A DNA stretch of 64,000 nucleotides from an uncultured Actinomycetes bacterium. GTDB taxonomy: Bacteria; Actinomycetota; Thermoleophilia; Gaiellales; Gaiellaceae. Location of the stretch: contig CAWGXP010000006.1 of NCBI GenBank assembly GCA_963826585.1, positions 11,299 through 75,298 on the forward strand, given 5' to 3'. Of the stretch, positions 41,162 through 52,511 are shown in pieces. The notes below the pieces were generated by a model, which saw only the letters and a list, made by a program, of their open reading frames with translations, was not told the origin of the DNA and did not search any database. A program made the position numbers and the translations under genes. Each line of letters begins with the position of its first letter. Position 1 is the first letter of the stretch.

Positions 41162-41754
41162 TCAGGCGCCCCTGACGGCGGCGACGAGGGCGAGCGCCTC
41201 CGCGGACGGGACGGCGCCTTCGCGGAGGACGACGGGCTCGGCGCCGGAGAGGTCGAGCACGGTCGACGGGCACGCCCGGCAGCTCTCCGCCGTCGACGAC
41301 GGCGCCGCACGCATCGCGCAGCTCTTCGGGGACGTCGTGCGAGCGTGCGCGGATCCGGACCTCCATGCAGGTTCGCGCTCGTCGCCATCACCGCGCCCAT
41401 CTGTGCGAGCACCTCCGCGACGGCGCCGGTAACCGCCGGCACGCGGACGCCGATCGTCTCTGCGCCGAGCCAGGAGTAGCGCCGACCCGTGTTCTCGAAG
41501 ACGAGCGTGACCGGGCCTGGAAGGAGCGCGGACAGAACCGCCGCGGGAAGCTCCGGCACCCTCGCGAGCAACGCGTCGACCGAGCCGCGACGAGCGCCGC
41601 CGGCTGTCCCGCCGGCCGGCCCTTGAGCGCGTAGCGCCACCCGACATGCCGCCTCCGACTCCGCGTCGGCGCAGAGCCCGTAGACGGTGTCCGTGGGCAG
41701 GACGACGGGCCGGCCCGCGCGGAGCGCCGCGAGGGCGGCGGTTACGACGTCCAT
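41162..41754 (-). pseudogene. tsaC: L-threonylcarbamoyladenylate synthase (YrdC/Sua5 domain), at least three frame disruptions
   Basis: RPVVLPTDTVYGLCADA..., LLPGPVTLVF, IGVRVP..., ATSANLHGGPDP, and STVLDLSGAEPVVLREGAV (ORF 41162..41875 tail), spread over three frames. Confidence 0.8.
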
Positions 41755-42579
41755 CTGCCTTCGGCGACCCGGTCGCGCCCCGAGAGATCCGGAGTCGCGC
41801 GCACGTCGGAGAAGCCGAGCGCCTCGAGCAGCGCGCAGACGGTCGACGCCGTTCCTTCGGCGACCTCAAGAACAAGCCTGCCCGTCGGCCTCAGCACGTA
41901 GCGCGCGCCTTCGGCGACGAGCTGCGTAACGCCCTCGCCGACGAGCGCCCCGCGCGGCTCCCAGTCCCGCACCTCGGCCTGGAGATCGTCGACGTCCTCC
42001 GGCTCGACGTAGGGCGGATTCGAGACGACGAGGTCGAACGGCCCGGGAGGAAGCCCGCCGGCGAGGTCGCCCAGGACGAAGGTGACACGATCGCCGAGAC
42101 CGGTGCGCTCCCCGTTCGCGACGGCGAGCGTTAACGCCTCCTCGGAGATGTCGGTCGCCGTCACCGTCGCATCCGGCCGCTCGTCCGCAATCGCGAGCGC
42201 GATCGCGCCCGTCCCCGTGCCGACGTCGAGCACACACGGGCCCTCGACGCCCTCGAGCAGCGCGAGGCAGCGCTCGACGACGGTCTCCGTCTCGGGCCTC
42301 GGGATCAGCGCGCGCTCGTCGACGGCGAGCGTCAGCCGGCGGAAGCCCCATTCGCCGAGGATGTACGCGAGCGGCTCCCGCTTGCCCCGCCGCCGCACGA
42401 GCTCGCGACAGGCCGCGATCTCGTCCTCGGTCAGCTCGCGGTCGTACTGGAGATAGAGGTCGAGCCGTGTGACGCCGAGACCCTTCGCGATCAGGTGCTC
42501 CGCGTCGACGCGCGGGCTCGGAACTCCCTTCGCTTTCAGGAAGTCGGTCGACGCGAACGACGACCTCCGAGACGGTCAC
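41742..42579 (-). pseudogene. prmC: release factor glutamine N5-methyltransferase, one frame disruption near 42545
   Basis: [14 protein letters not shown] and VVSNPPYV motifs in ORF 41742..42398. The N-terminus (GTG 42579, VTVSEVV...) is out of frame with [27 protein letters not shown] overlap with the prfA stop. Confidence 0.85.
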
Positions 42580-43628
42580 CGAGAGGCAGCTTCGAGCGCC
42601 TGCCGCTGATCCTCGGCGGTGAGCGCGTCCGTGAACTCGTCGAGCTGGCCTTCGAGGATCGAGTCCAGACGGTGCACCGTGAGCTTGATTCGGTGGTCGG
42701 TGAGCGCGGTTCTCGGGGAAGTTGTACGTACGGATCTTCTCCGCCCGCTCGCCCGTCCCGATTTGCGCGCGTCGCGCGGCAGACGCCTCGGCCATCTGCC
42801 TCTGGTGCTCGAGCTCGTAGATCCGGGCTCGAAGGACACGCATCGCCTTGTCGCGGTTCTTGAGCTGCGACCGCTCGTCCTGCATGGCGACGACGATGCC
42901 CGGTCGGCACGTGCGTGATGCGGACGGCCGAGTCGGTCGTGTTCACGCTCTGCCCGCCCGGGCCAGTCGAGCGGTAGACGTCGATCTTCAGGTCCTGCGG
43001 GTCGATCTCGACGTCGACCTCCTCCGCCTCGGGCATCACCGCGACGGTGGCGGTCGAGGTGTGGATGCGGCCCTGGGACTCAGTCGTCGGGACGCGCTGC
43101 ACGCGATGCGTCCCGGCCTCCCACTTGAAGACGGAGTACGCGCCGTCGCCCTTCACGGCGAAGACGACACTCCTTCGTCCCGCCGCCGTCGTTCGGGCTC
43201 GCGGAGATCTGCTCCCAGCCGTAGCCACGGTGCTCGGCGTAGCGCGTGAGCATGCGGAAGATGTCCGCCGCCCACAACGCGGCCTCGTCTCCGCCGACTC
43301 CTTGCCGGATCTCGACGATCACGTCCTTGTGGTCGGCCGGGTCCTTCGCGACGAGGGCGAGCTTCAGCTCTTCCTCCACCTCGGCGAGCCGCGACTCGAG
43401 CTCCGGGACGAGCTCGCGGAGATCGCTGTCGTCGCGTGCGGCCTCGAGGTCCGAGCGCGTCGTGCGCCACTCCTGCGCGAGCTTGTTCGGTGCTTCGAGC
43501 TCCTTCAGCCGCCGTCCGGCCTCGGCCGCCTGTTTGTGGTCGTTGTAGACGGCAGGGTCCGACATGCGCGCCTGCGCCTCTGCATGCGAGCGCTCCAGCT
43601 CGTCGACGAGCGGTTCGAGGTCTGCCAC
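42576..43628 (-). pseudogene. prfA: peptide chain release factor 1, three 1-nt frame disruptions (about 42700, 42900, 43168)
   Basis: Pieces are in ORFs 43080..43628, 42536..43228 ([29 protein letters not shown]...[24 protein letters not shown]), 41866..42885 ([19 protein letters not shown]) and 42576..42839 ([14 protein letters not shown]). Confidence 0.9.
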
Positions 43629-43682
43629 CTGTCAAGCGTAACCGCCCCCTAACCCGAGCCGATCGACGCCGTCTACACAGAC

Positions 43683-44775
43683 ATGAGGCTGGTGTTCGCG
43701 AGCCTCTTGGCCGGCGCGGTCGTCGCAACGCCGTCGTCTCCCGGAAGGCTCCATCCGGCGGCGTCGATGAACGTGCCGCGGGCGGTGCAGACGGAGACGG
43801 CGCTCCAGGACGGCCAGGTGCTCGTGGCGGGCGGCTGCACCGTCCCCGGCTGCGATCTCGGAAGCCCCGGCAGCGACACCGCCGAGATCTTCGATCCGAA
43901 GAGCGGCCGCTTCAGGCCGGCGGGGAAGATGCACGGCTCCCGCGACGACCACGTCGCAGTCCTGCTCCGCGACGGCTCCGTGCTGCTCGCGGGCGGCTGG
44001 GGAGATAGACGCCGCCCGTCCGCTCGCGACGACTGAGCTCTACGACCCGCTGACCGCGACGTTCACCGTCGGGCCGCGCATGGACGTCGCACGGGCGGGT
44101 ATGGCCGCCGTTCTCCTGCGCAGCGGCCTCGTCCTGCTCGCGGGCGGGTTCACGGGCAGCAAGTCGACGACGCGGTACGCCGAGCTCTTCGATTCGGCGA
44201 TCAACACGCTGACGCCGACCGGGAAGATGACCGTGCCGCGCGGAGGCCAGTCCGCGGCGCTCCTTCCGGACGGTCGGGTGCTCGTCGCGGGCGGCCTGAG
44301 CAACGGACGTGCGGTCGCGTCCGCAGAGCTCTACGACCCACACACCGGCAAGTTCACAAGAACCGGCTCGATGACGACCGCCCGCTACAAGACTGCCGCG
44401 GTCACGCTACGGAGCGGCCGTGTACTCGTGATCGGCGGCTCAGCGGACATCGATGGCAGCCAGCTGTTCGCGTCGACCGAGCTCTACGACCCGCGCACGC
44501 GCAGCTTCCGCCCCGGGCCGACGATGCGCTTCGCGCGCTACAAGCTCACCGGCTCGACGGTCGTGCTGCCGGACGGGAACGTCCTCGTCGCCGGCGGGGC
44601 GCTCCAGGCAGAGCTCTACGACGCGTGGACGAGGACGTTCCGGCTGGTCCCCGGTCGGCTCGACCACACGCGCCTCTTCCTCACCGCGGCGGCGCTCCCG
44701 GGCGGCCGCGCGCTGCTCGTCGGCGGCTACGACAAGGGCATCACGCCCACGGCCGCCACCTGGATCTACCGCTAG
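43683..44775 (+). pseudogene. secreted Kelch-repeat beta-propeller protein, one frame disruption near 44000
   Basis: Signal-like N-terminus and repeated ...LPDGRVLVAGG...AELYDP...F... blades. ORFs 43683..44036 and 44080..44775 join through IDAARPLATTELYDP. Confidence 0.75.
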
Positions 44776-44803
44776 ATCGGCCGACCGAGCTGCTCTCGAA
44801 GAC

Positions 44804-44832
44804 TTGACAGGCGATCTCTCGCGATATATCGT
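44804..44832 (+). promoter_or_regulatory. sigma-A-like promoter TTGACA-17 nt-TATCGT, with palindrome CGATATATCG overlapping the -10
   Basis: TTGACA at 44804-44809, TAnnnT-type hexamer at 44827-44832, and a perfect 10-bp palindrome at 44822-44831. AAAGGAGAA and ATG 44858 follow. Confidence 0.5.
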
Positions 44833-44857
44833 AACCGATCGCAAGAAAGGAGAAACA

Positions 44858-45484
44858 ATGACTTCAACCACAGTTCCATACCCGTTCCCCCGCGGCAGAC
44901 GCCGCCCGGCGCACGGGATCCTCTTCATGACAGACGACCGGCCCGCGCACCGTCGGCGGCGCAGCGGCCGGGGATGGGGCCCTCGCGGCCACGGCGGACA
45001 ATTCTTTGGAGGACGCCGGGCGCGGCGCGGGAACATCCGTACCGCGATCGTCACCCTCCTCGCGGAGAGGCCGATGCACGGCTACGAGATCATGAGTGAG
45101 CTCGCGGAGCGCAGCGGCGGCGTCTGGCGCCCGAGCCCAGGCTCGGTGTACCCGACGCTCCAGCTGCTCGAGGACGAAGGCCTCGTCGAGCCCGCCGAGT
45201 CCGAGAGCGGGCGCCGCGTGTTCCAGCTCACGGCCACGGGCAAGAAGGAGGCATCAGCGCACACCGGCCCGGCACCGTGGGACGCTGTCGGCGCGGAGGC
45301 CGACGATGCGATCGTCGAGCTTCGCGAGCTCGTCTTGCAGGTGCTCGAGGCGACGCGGCAGGTAGGCCAGGCCGGCACCGCGCGGCAGATCTCCGCAGCG
45401 CAGGACGTCCTCCGGTCGACGCGCAAGAGCCTGTACCGCCTGCTCGCCGAGGACGAGTCGCCCGAGACCGACGAGAGCGCGTAG
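44858..45484 (+). CDS. PadR family transcriptional regulator
   Basis: LLAERPMHGYEIMSELAERSGGVWRPSPGSVYPTLQLLEDEGLVE is a winged-helix PadR signature. An Arg/Gly-rich N-terminal tail precedes it. Confidence 0.85.
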   Translation: MTSTTVPYPFPRGRRRPAHGILFMTDDRPAHRRRRSGRGWGPRGHGGQFFGGRRARRGNIRTAIVTLLAERPMHGYEIMSELAERSGGVWRPSPGSVYPTLQLLEDEGLVEPAESESGRRVFQLTATGKKEASAHTGPAPWDAVGAEADDAIVELRELVLQVLEATRQVGQAGTARQISAAQDVLRSTRKSLYRLLAEDESPETDESA

Positions 45485-45497
45485 CGCTCGCCAGACC

Positions 45498-45526
45498 CGT
45501 GGGCGACGGAGATACTGTCGCCCACG
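45498..45526 (+). promoter_or_regulatory. 10-bp stem-loop with GGAGA in the loop, ending 1 nt before the ATG of the first cyclase-STAND gene
   Basis: CGTGGGCGAC (45498-45507) pairs with GTCGCCCACG (45517-45526). The loop is GGAGATACT. ATG at 45527. Confidence 0.45.
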
Positions 45527-48500
45527 ATGGTCTGTCCTACGTGTGCGACGGAGAACCAGCCCTCCGCGAAGTTCTGCGTGGAGTGCGGCACTGGGCTGGC
45601 GCTCGCGTGTCCCTCGTGTGGCGCGCCGCACACCGCGGGCCAGCGCTTCTGTGCGGAATGCGGAAGTGCGCTCTCCGGTGCACCGGCGGAGGCGCCCGCG
45701 GCAGAGCGCGAGGCGCCCGCTTCCGAGCGGCGTCTCGTCACCGTCCTCTTCGCCGACCTCGTCGGCTTCACCGCAGCCTCGGAGCACCGCGACTCAGAAG
45801 AGACGCGTGAGCTCCTTTCGCGCTACTTCGACGCATGCCGGCGCCTGATCGAGCTCTACGGCGGCACGGTGGAGAAGTTCATCGGCGACGCGGTGATGGC
45901 TGTCTGGGGAACGCCCACGGCAACGGAAGACGACGCGGAGCGCGCCGTCCGCGCGGCACTCGACCTGGTCGCCGCGGTCTCGGCCCTTGGACAGGAGTCC
46001 GGCGCCGAGGAGCTGCGCGCCCGCGCAGGTGTGCTGACCGGCGAAGCTGCGGTCACGATCGGCGCCGAGGGCGAGGGCATGGTCGCGGGCGATCTCGTGA
46101 ACACCGCCTCGCGCGTGCAGTCGGTCGCCGATCCCGGCACGGTCTTCGTCGGAGACTCGACCCGGCGCGCGACCGAGCAGACGATCGTCTACGAGGACGC
46201 GGGCTCGTTCGAGTTCAAGGGCAAGGAAGGACTGACCCCGCTCTGGAAAGCGCAGCGCGTCGTCTCCGGCCTGCGCGGCTCACTCAAGTCGCACGGTCTC
46301 GAGGCGCCGTTCGTCGGCCGTGACCGCGAGCTGCGCCAGATCAAAGACCTCTTCCACGTTTCGGCCGAGGAGCAGAAGGCCCATCTCGTCTCCGTCACGG
46401 GCATCGCCGGCATCGGCAAGTCCCGTCTCGCGTGGGAGTTCTACAAGTACTTCGACGGCATCGCGACGACCGTCTACTGGCATCGCGGACGCTGCCTCTC
46501 CTACGGCGAGGGCGTGACGTACTGGGCGCTCGCGGACATGGTGCGCATGCGCTGCCGCATCGCCGAGGAGGAGGACCCGGAAAGCGCGAGGGGGAAGCTC
46601 CACTCCACGCTCGAGGAGCTGATCCTCGACGCCGAGGAGCGCGAGTTTCTGGAGCCGCGGTTGGCGCACTTGCTCGGACTCGCCGAGCACCAGGCCCGCG
46701 ACCAGCAGGATCTCTTCGCAGCGTGGCGCCTCTTCTTCGAGCGCCTGGCCGAGAGCTATCCGACGGTGCTCGCGTTCGAGGACATGCAATGGGCGGACGA
46801 GAGCCTGCTCGACTTCGTCGAGTCGCTCGTCGACTGGTCGCGAAATCATCCCATCCTCGTGATCACGCTCGCGCGGCCGGAGCTGCTCGAGCGTAGGCCG
46901 ACCTGGGGCGCCGGCCAGCGGAGCTTCACCTCGCTCTACCTCGAGCCGCTCTCGCCGTCTGCGATGGAGGAGCTGCTCGGCGGCCTCGTGCCCGGCCTGC
47001 CGGCGGAGGTACGCGACCGCATCCTCGCGCGCGCCGAGGGCATTCCGCTCTACGCGGTCGAGACCGTCCGCATGCTGCTCGACAGGGGGTTGCTCGTTCA
47101 GGACGGCGCCACCTATCGGCCCACCGGCGAGATCGAAGCCCTCGAGGTGCCGGAGACGCTGCACGCGCTCATCGCCGCCCGACTCGACGGCCTGTCCACC
47201 GAGGAGAGACGGCTGCTCCAGGACGCCGCCGTGCTCGGCAAGACATTCACGCGAGAGGCGGTCGCGGCGCTGACCGGTGCCGACGCCGACATCGAGCCAC
47301 TGCTGGCCGGGCTTGTCCGCAAGGAGGTGCTCGGCATCCAGGCGGATCCGCGCTCGCCCGGAGCACGGCCAGTACGGCTTTCTCCAGGATCTCGTGCGCC
47401 ACGTCGCGTACGAGACGCTCTCGAAGCGCGAGCGCCGTGTCCGGCATCTCGCGGCAGCTGCTTACTTGAGCGCCGCATTCGCAGACGACGAGGACGAGGT
47501 CGTGGAGGTGATCGCGTCCCATTACCTCGCCGCCCACGAGGCCGCTCCGGACGCCGACGACGCCGCCGAGATCAAAGCCAAGGCGCAGGCGATGCTCGTC
47601 CGCGCCGGCGAGCGCGCCGGGTCGCTCGCAGCGGCGTCGGAGGCACGCCGCTACTACGAGCAGGCTGCGGCGCTCGTCGAGGAACTGTCCGAGCAGGCTG
47701 CGCTTCTCGACCGCGCGGGCCAGATGGCCGCACTAACAGGCGATCCCGACTCGGCTCGAACGCTCTTTGAAAAGTCGATCGAGCTCTACGAGAACCTGGA
47801 CGACGCGCACGCCGCCGCTCGCGTCCTGTTCAGGCTCGGGAGGGTCGACGTCCGCACGGGCCGCCGCGACGAGGCGATGACACGGCTCGAGCGTGCCTAC
47901 GAGGTGATCTCGCGCGACGAGCCCGACGAGGACCTCGCGCTCTTGGCAGCGGGTCTTTCGCTCGGCTACTGGTTCGGCGGCGATCTCGAGCGAGCGGCGG
48001 AGCGAGCCGAGCTGGCGCTCGATATCGCCGAGGCTCACGCCTTTCCCAGGGCGCTCGCGATTGCGCTCCGGGCTAAGGGTGCCGTCGTCGGGAGTCGCGG
48101 CCACGGCGTGGAAGCGGGTGCTCTCGCCAAGCAGGCTCTGCAGATCTCGCTCGACCACGACCTGATCGACGACGCGAGCGTCTGCTACTTCATCCTCTCC
48201 GACTGGTGCTTCCATCGCGACGAGTACGCCGCCGCGCTCGAGTACCTCGACGAAGCTCTCGCCCTCTCGCGAAAGGTCGGCAACCGCCCGTATGAATGGG
48301 CCGTCCTCGCGGAGCGAACGCACCCGCTCACGATGCTCGGAAGGTGGGACGAAGCGCTGGCGGAGGAACTCACGCAGGAGCAGGTCGACTCCGGAGGCAT
48401 CGTCTTGAGCCTGCTCCAGTCGGCCGTCGACATCAACGTTCAGCGCGGCGAGCTCGACGAGGCGCGCCGCATTATCGCCATGTTCTCAAAGCTCGAGGAC

Positions 48501-49004
48501 ACGACTGATGTCCAGGATCGCAGCTCCTACCTGGCCTCGCGGGCGGAGTTGCGGCGGGCCGAGGGGCGACTCAAGGAAGCACTCGACGACGGCGAGGCCA
48601 CGATCGCGACCGGTCGCACGCTCGGCATCTCTTCGCAGTCCGTAAAGCAGGCAATCGTCGAGGCGGTCGAGGTGGCAATAGCGCTTGGTGACCAATCGAA
48701 GGTCGAGGAGCTGCTCGCACTCATCGAGAGCATCCCCTCTGGCACACGCCCGCCCTATCTCGACGCCCAGGCGAAGCGCTTCCGGGCGCGGCTGGACGGC
48801 GATGCAGCGGGCTACGACGTTGCCTCTGGTGTCTTCCGGGAGCTCGGCATCCCCTTCTGGCTGGCAGTAACGCTGCTCGAACACGCCGAGCTGACCGGCG
48901 ACGAGGAATCGCTCATCGAGGCGCGGGAGATCTTCGAGGGTCTCAAGGCGACGCCCTGGCTCGAGCGCTCTGAAGCTGTCGCCAAAGCGGAGGTGATGGC
49001 GTGA
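45527..49004 (+). pseudogene. double zinc ribbon / class III nucleotidyl cyclase / STAND (AAA_16) ATPase / TPR protein, copy 1; one extra C near 47358 as sequenced
   Basis: CPTC...CVEC...CPSC...CAEC; cyclase motifs VLFADLVGFT, KFIGDAVMAVWG, GDLVNTASRVQS; Walker A GIAGIGKS; Walker B-like VLAFEDMQWADESLL. The TPR-like C-terminus lies in ORF 47277..49004. Copy 2 has TCGCCGGAG where copy 1 has TCGCCCGGAG. Confidence 0.85.
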
Positions 49005-52000
49005 CCTGTGCGGTCTGCGGTCACGCGAACCGCGAGGAGCAGAAGTTCTGCGGCGAGTGCGGGTCGCCGCTCGAGGCAGGGTGCCCGGCGTGTGGCTTTC
49101 AGAACCCGCCGGGGCAGAAGTTCTGCGGCGAGTGCGGGACGGCGCTCACGTCCGTCCCTGCGGCGTCGCCACCGAAGGCGCCCGCTCCGCAGCCGGCGTC
49201 GGAACGCCGGCTCGTGTCCGTCCTCTTCGCCGATCTCGTCGGCTTCACGACGCTCTCCGAGAGCCGCGACGCCGAAGAAGTGCGTGAGCTCCTGTCGCAG
49301 TACTTCGACCTCGCGCGCACGCTGATCACGCGCTACGGGGGCGAGGTGGAGAAGTTCATCGGCGACGCCGTGATGGCCGTGTGGGGCGCTCCGACTGCCA
49401 CCGAGGACGACGCCGAGCGCGCGGTGCGAGCGGCGCTCGATCTCGTTGCCGGAGTGCCGGAGCTCGATCCAGCGCTTCAGGCGAGGGCCGGCGTCTTGAC
49501 CGGCGAGGCCGCCGTGACGATCGGGGCGCAAGGCCAGGGCATGGTCGCCGGCGACCTCGTCAACAGCGCGTCGCGTGTGCAATCGGCAGCCGACCCCGGA
49601 ACGGTCCTCGTCGGCGAGTCGACCAAACGTGCGTCGGAGCAGGCGATCGCGTACGAGCCCGCCGGGGTGCACGAGCTGAAGGGGAAGGCCGAGCCTGTCG
49701 AGCTCTTTCACGCGCTTCGCGTCGTCTCCGGCCGCCGTGGCGATTTGAAGTCCGCCGGGCTAGAGGCGCCGTTCGTCGGCCGCGACCGCGAGTTGAAGCT
49801 GATCAAGGACCTCTTCCACGCCTCGGCGGAGGACCGGCGCGCGCACCTTGTCTCGGTCACCGGCATCGCGGGCATCGGCAAGAGCCGCCTGGCGTGGGAG
49901 TTCTACAAGTACTTCGACGGCATCGTCGAGAACGTCTGGTGGCACCGCGGCCGCTGCCTCGCATACGGGGAGGGCGTCGCCTACTGGGCGCTGGCCGACA
50001 TGGTGCGGATGCGCTGCCGCATCGCCGAGGACGAGGACGCAGCCTCGGCGCGGACGAAGCTCCGGACGACGCTTTCGGAGCACCTGCTCGACGCGGAGGA
50101 ACGGGACTTCGTCGAGCCTCGCCTCGCACACCTGCTCGCGATCGAAGAGGGGTTGAGCGCCGACCGTCAGGACTTGTTCGCCGCCTGGCGACTGTTCTTC
50201 GAGCGGCTGGCCGATTCCGGACCGGCGGTGCTCGCGTTCGAGGACATGCAGTGGGCCGACACAAGCCTGCTCGACTTCATCGAGTACTTGCTCGAGTGGT
50301 CGCGCGACCACCCATTGTTCGTGATCACGCTTGCGCGTCCTGAGATCCACGACCGACGCCCATCGTGGGGGGCGGGGCAGCGAAACTTCAGCGCGCTCTA
50401 TCTCGATCCGCTCTCCGAGAAGGCAATGCACGACCTGCTGGACGGCCTCGTCCCCGGATTGCCGGCGCGACTCCGCGACCAGATCCTCGCGCGTGCCGAG
50501 GGCGTGCCGCTCTACGCGATGGAGACCGTCCGCATGCTGCTCGACCGCGGCCTGCTCGAACAGGCCGGAGCCGTCTACCGGCCAACGGGCGAGATCGAGA
50601 CGCTCGATGTCCCCGAGACGCTCCACGCGCTCATCGCCGCGCGCCTCGACGGCCTCACGACCGAAGAGCGGCGGCTGCTCCAGGACGGAGCGGTGCTCGG
50701 CAAGACGTTCACGAAGACGGCCATCGGGGCCGTGTCCGGCCTCCGCGAGGCCGAGCTCGAGCCTCTGCTCTCGTCGCTAGTCCGCAAGGAGGTGCTGGGC
50801 GTCCAGGCCGACACCCGGTCGCCGGAGCACGGGCAGTACGGCTTCCTCCAGGATCTCGTACGGCACGTCGCCTACGAGACACTCTCGGCGCGAACGGAAG
50901 GCGCGCCACCTCATGGCCGCCGACTACGTCGAGCAGGCGTTCGGGGACGTCGACGAGGTCGCCGAGGTGCTCGCATCTCATTACGTCGCCGCCTTCGACG
51001 CGATGCCCGACGCCGACGATGCGGCCGAGATCCGGGCGCGAGCAAGGGAGATGCTCACGCAGGCAGGTGATCGTGCCGCGTCGCTCGGAGCTCCGGAGGA
51101 GGGGCAGCGCTACTTCGAGCAGGCCGCCGAGCTCGCCGACGACATCGCCACGGAAGCCGCGCTGGTCGATCGGGCGGGCAGGCTCGCCGCGCCCGCCGGA
51201 CGGCTCGCCGAGGGACGCGAACGCCTCGAGCGGGCAATCGAGCTCTACGAGCAAGCGGGAGATACGAGCTCTGCTGCGCTCGCCAGCGCCGCTCTCGGCG
51301 ACATCGATGTGCTCGAGGGCAAGCTCGAGCAGGCCGCGACCCGCTTCGACGCGACCTTGCCCACGCTCGAGGAGAGGGGGTCAAGCGCCGAGCTCGCAGC
51401 CACCCTCGCGCAGCTCGGACGGGTGCAGGCGCTGAGAGGCGAGCGCGAGCAAGCGCTCGTCACCCTCGACCGCGCACTTCAGCTCGCCGAGCGCCTGGGG
51501 CTCGACGAGGTGCTCGTGCAGGCGCTGACGAGCAGGGCGATTAGCGTCATCTACGAAGGCCGCTTCGTCGAGTCGCGGGTCCTACTCGAGGCCGCGGTCG
51601 AGCTTGCCGACGAGCGCGAGCTAAACGCCGCCTGGTTCCGAGCCGCGGGCAACCTCAGCGTCATGCTCCAGGACTCGGATCGCTACGGCGAGTGCATGGA
51701 GTTCATCGACTCGATCGAGGCACGTGCCCGGCAACTCGGCGACCGGGAGCAGCTCGCGGCGACCCGCTTCGGCTGCGGCTCCGTGCTCATCGCCATGGGT
51801 CGCTGGGACGAGGCGCTCGAGCGCGAGCAGGAGGCAGACCTTTTCGAGGCAAGCGCGTTCTCCCGGTCAGAGCTCGTCGACCTCGTTCGTGTCCGGTGCG
51901 AGCGGGGCGAGCTCGAGGCGGCCGAGGAGATGCTGCGTGCCCACGAATGGATGCGCGAGGCGGAACAGACCGAGATCTCCAGCATGATCCACTCCTGCGA

Positions 52001-52511
52001 GGCACGGCTCCTGCGCGCCCAGGGCCGGGCAGCCGAGGCGTTGGCGGCCGGCGAGCAAGGGCTCGCCCACCTCGACGAGCTGTCGATGACGAGCATCCGT
52101 ATCAAGCTCAGCCTCATCGAAGCGCTCGAGGCTGCGTTCGTGCTCGGCGACCTCGACCGGGTTGGCGTGCATCTCTCGACCATTGAGCAGCTCCTGCCGG
52201 GAGAGGTGACACCGCTCCTCCGTGGGCACGGCGCACGGTTCCGCGCGCTTCTTGACGCGCGGCGCGGACAGGACGAGGCTGTGGAAGGCAGCTTCCTCCT
52301 GGCGGAGGCGACCTTCCTCGAGTTCGACATGCCGTTCTACCTCGCCGTCACACAGCTCGAGCATGCCGAGTGGCTCGCCGGGCAAAATCGTCCGGCCGAA
52401 GCCGAGCAACTCCTCACCGAGGCGCGAGAGACGTTCACGCGGCTCGAGGCAGCGCCCTGGCTCGAGCGGGTCGATGCCGCGGCGCCGAAGCGCGTGGAAG
52501 CGCCTGCCTAG
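49001..52511 (+). pseudogene. double zinc ribbon / class III nucleotidyl cyclase / STAND (AAA_16) ATPase / TPR protein, copy 2; one extra base near 50887 as sequenced
   Basis: Same architecture as copy 1: CAVC...CGEC...CPAC...CGEC, VLFADLVGFT, KFIGDAVMAVWG, GDLVNSASRVQS, GIAGIGKS. The GTG start overlaps the copy 1 stop (GTGA). The C-terminal half is in ORF 50913..52511. Confidence 0.85.

Noticed and set aside
39853-41754. 633-aa ORF that looks like a Sua5/YrdC-GlyA fusion protein.
   Set aside because: The junction is Arg/Pro/Ser garbage produced by frame disruptions in tsaC. The true YrdC C-terminus (STVLDLSGAEPVVLREGAV...) ends at a stop at 41162 in another frame, and glyA has its own ATG at 41145.
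42576-43628. Possible programmed frameshift in the release factor gene.
   Set aside because: Programmed +1 frameshifting is a property of prfB (RF2), not prfA. Here there are three separate disruptions with no shifty-stop context, and the neighbouring prmC and tsaC are also hit.
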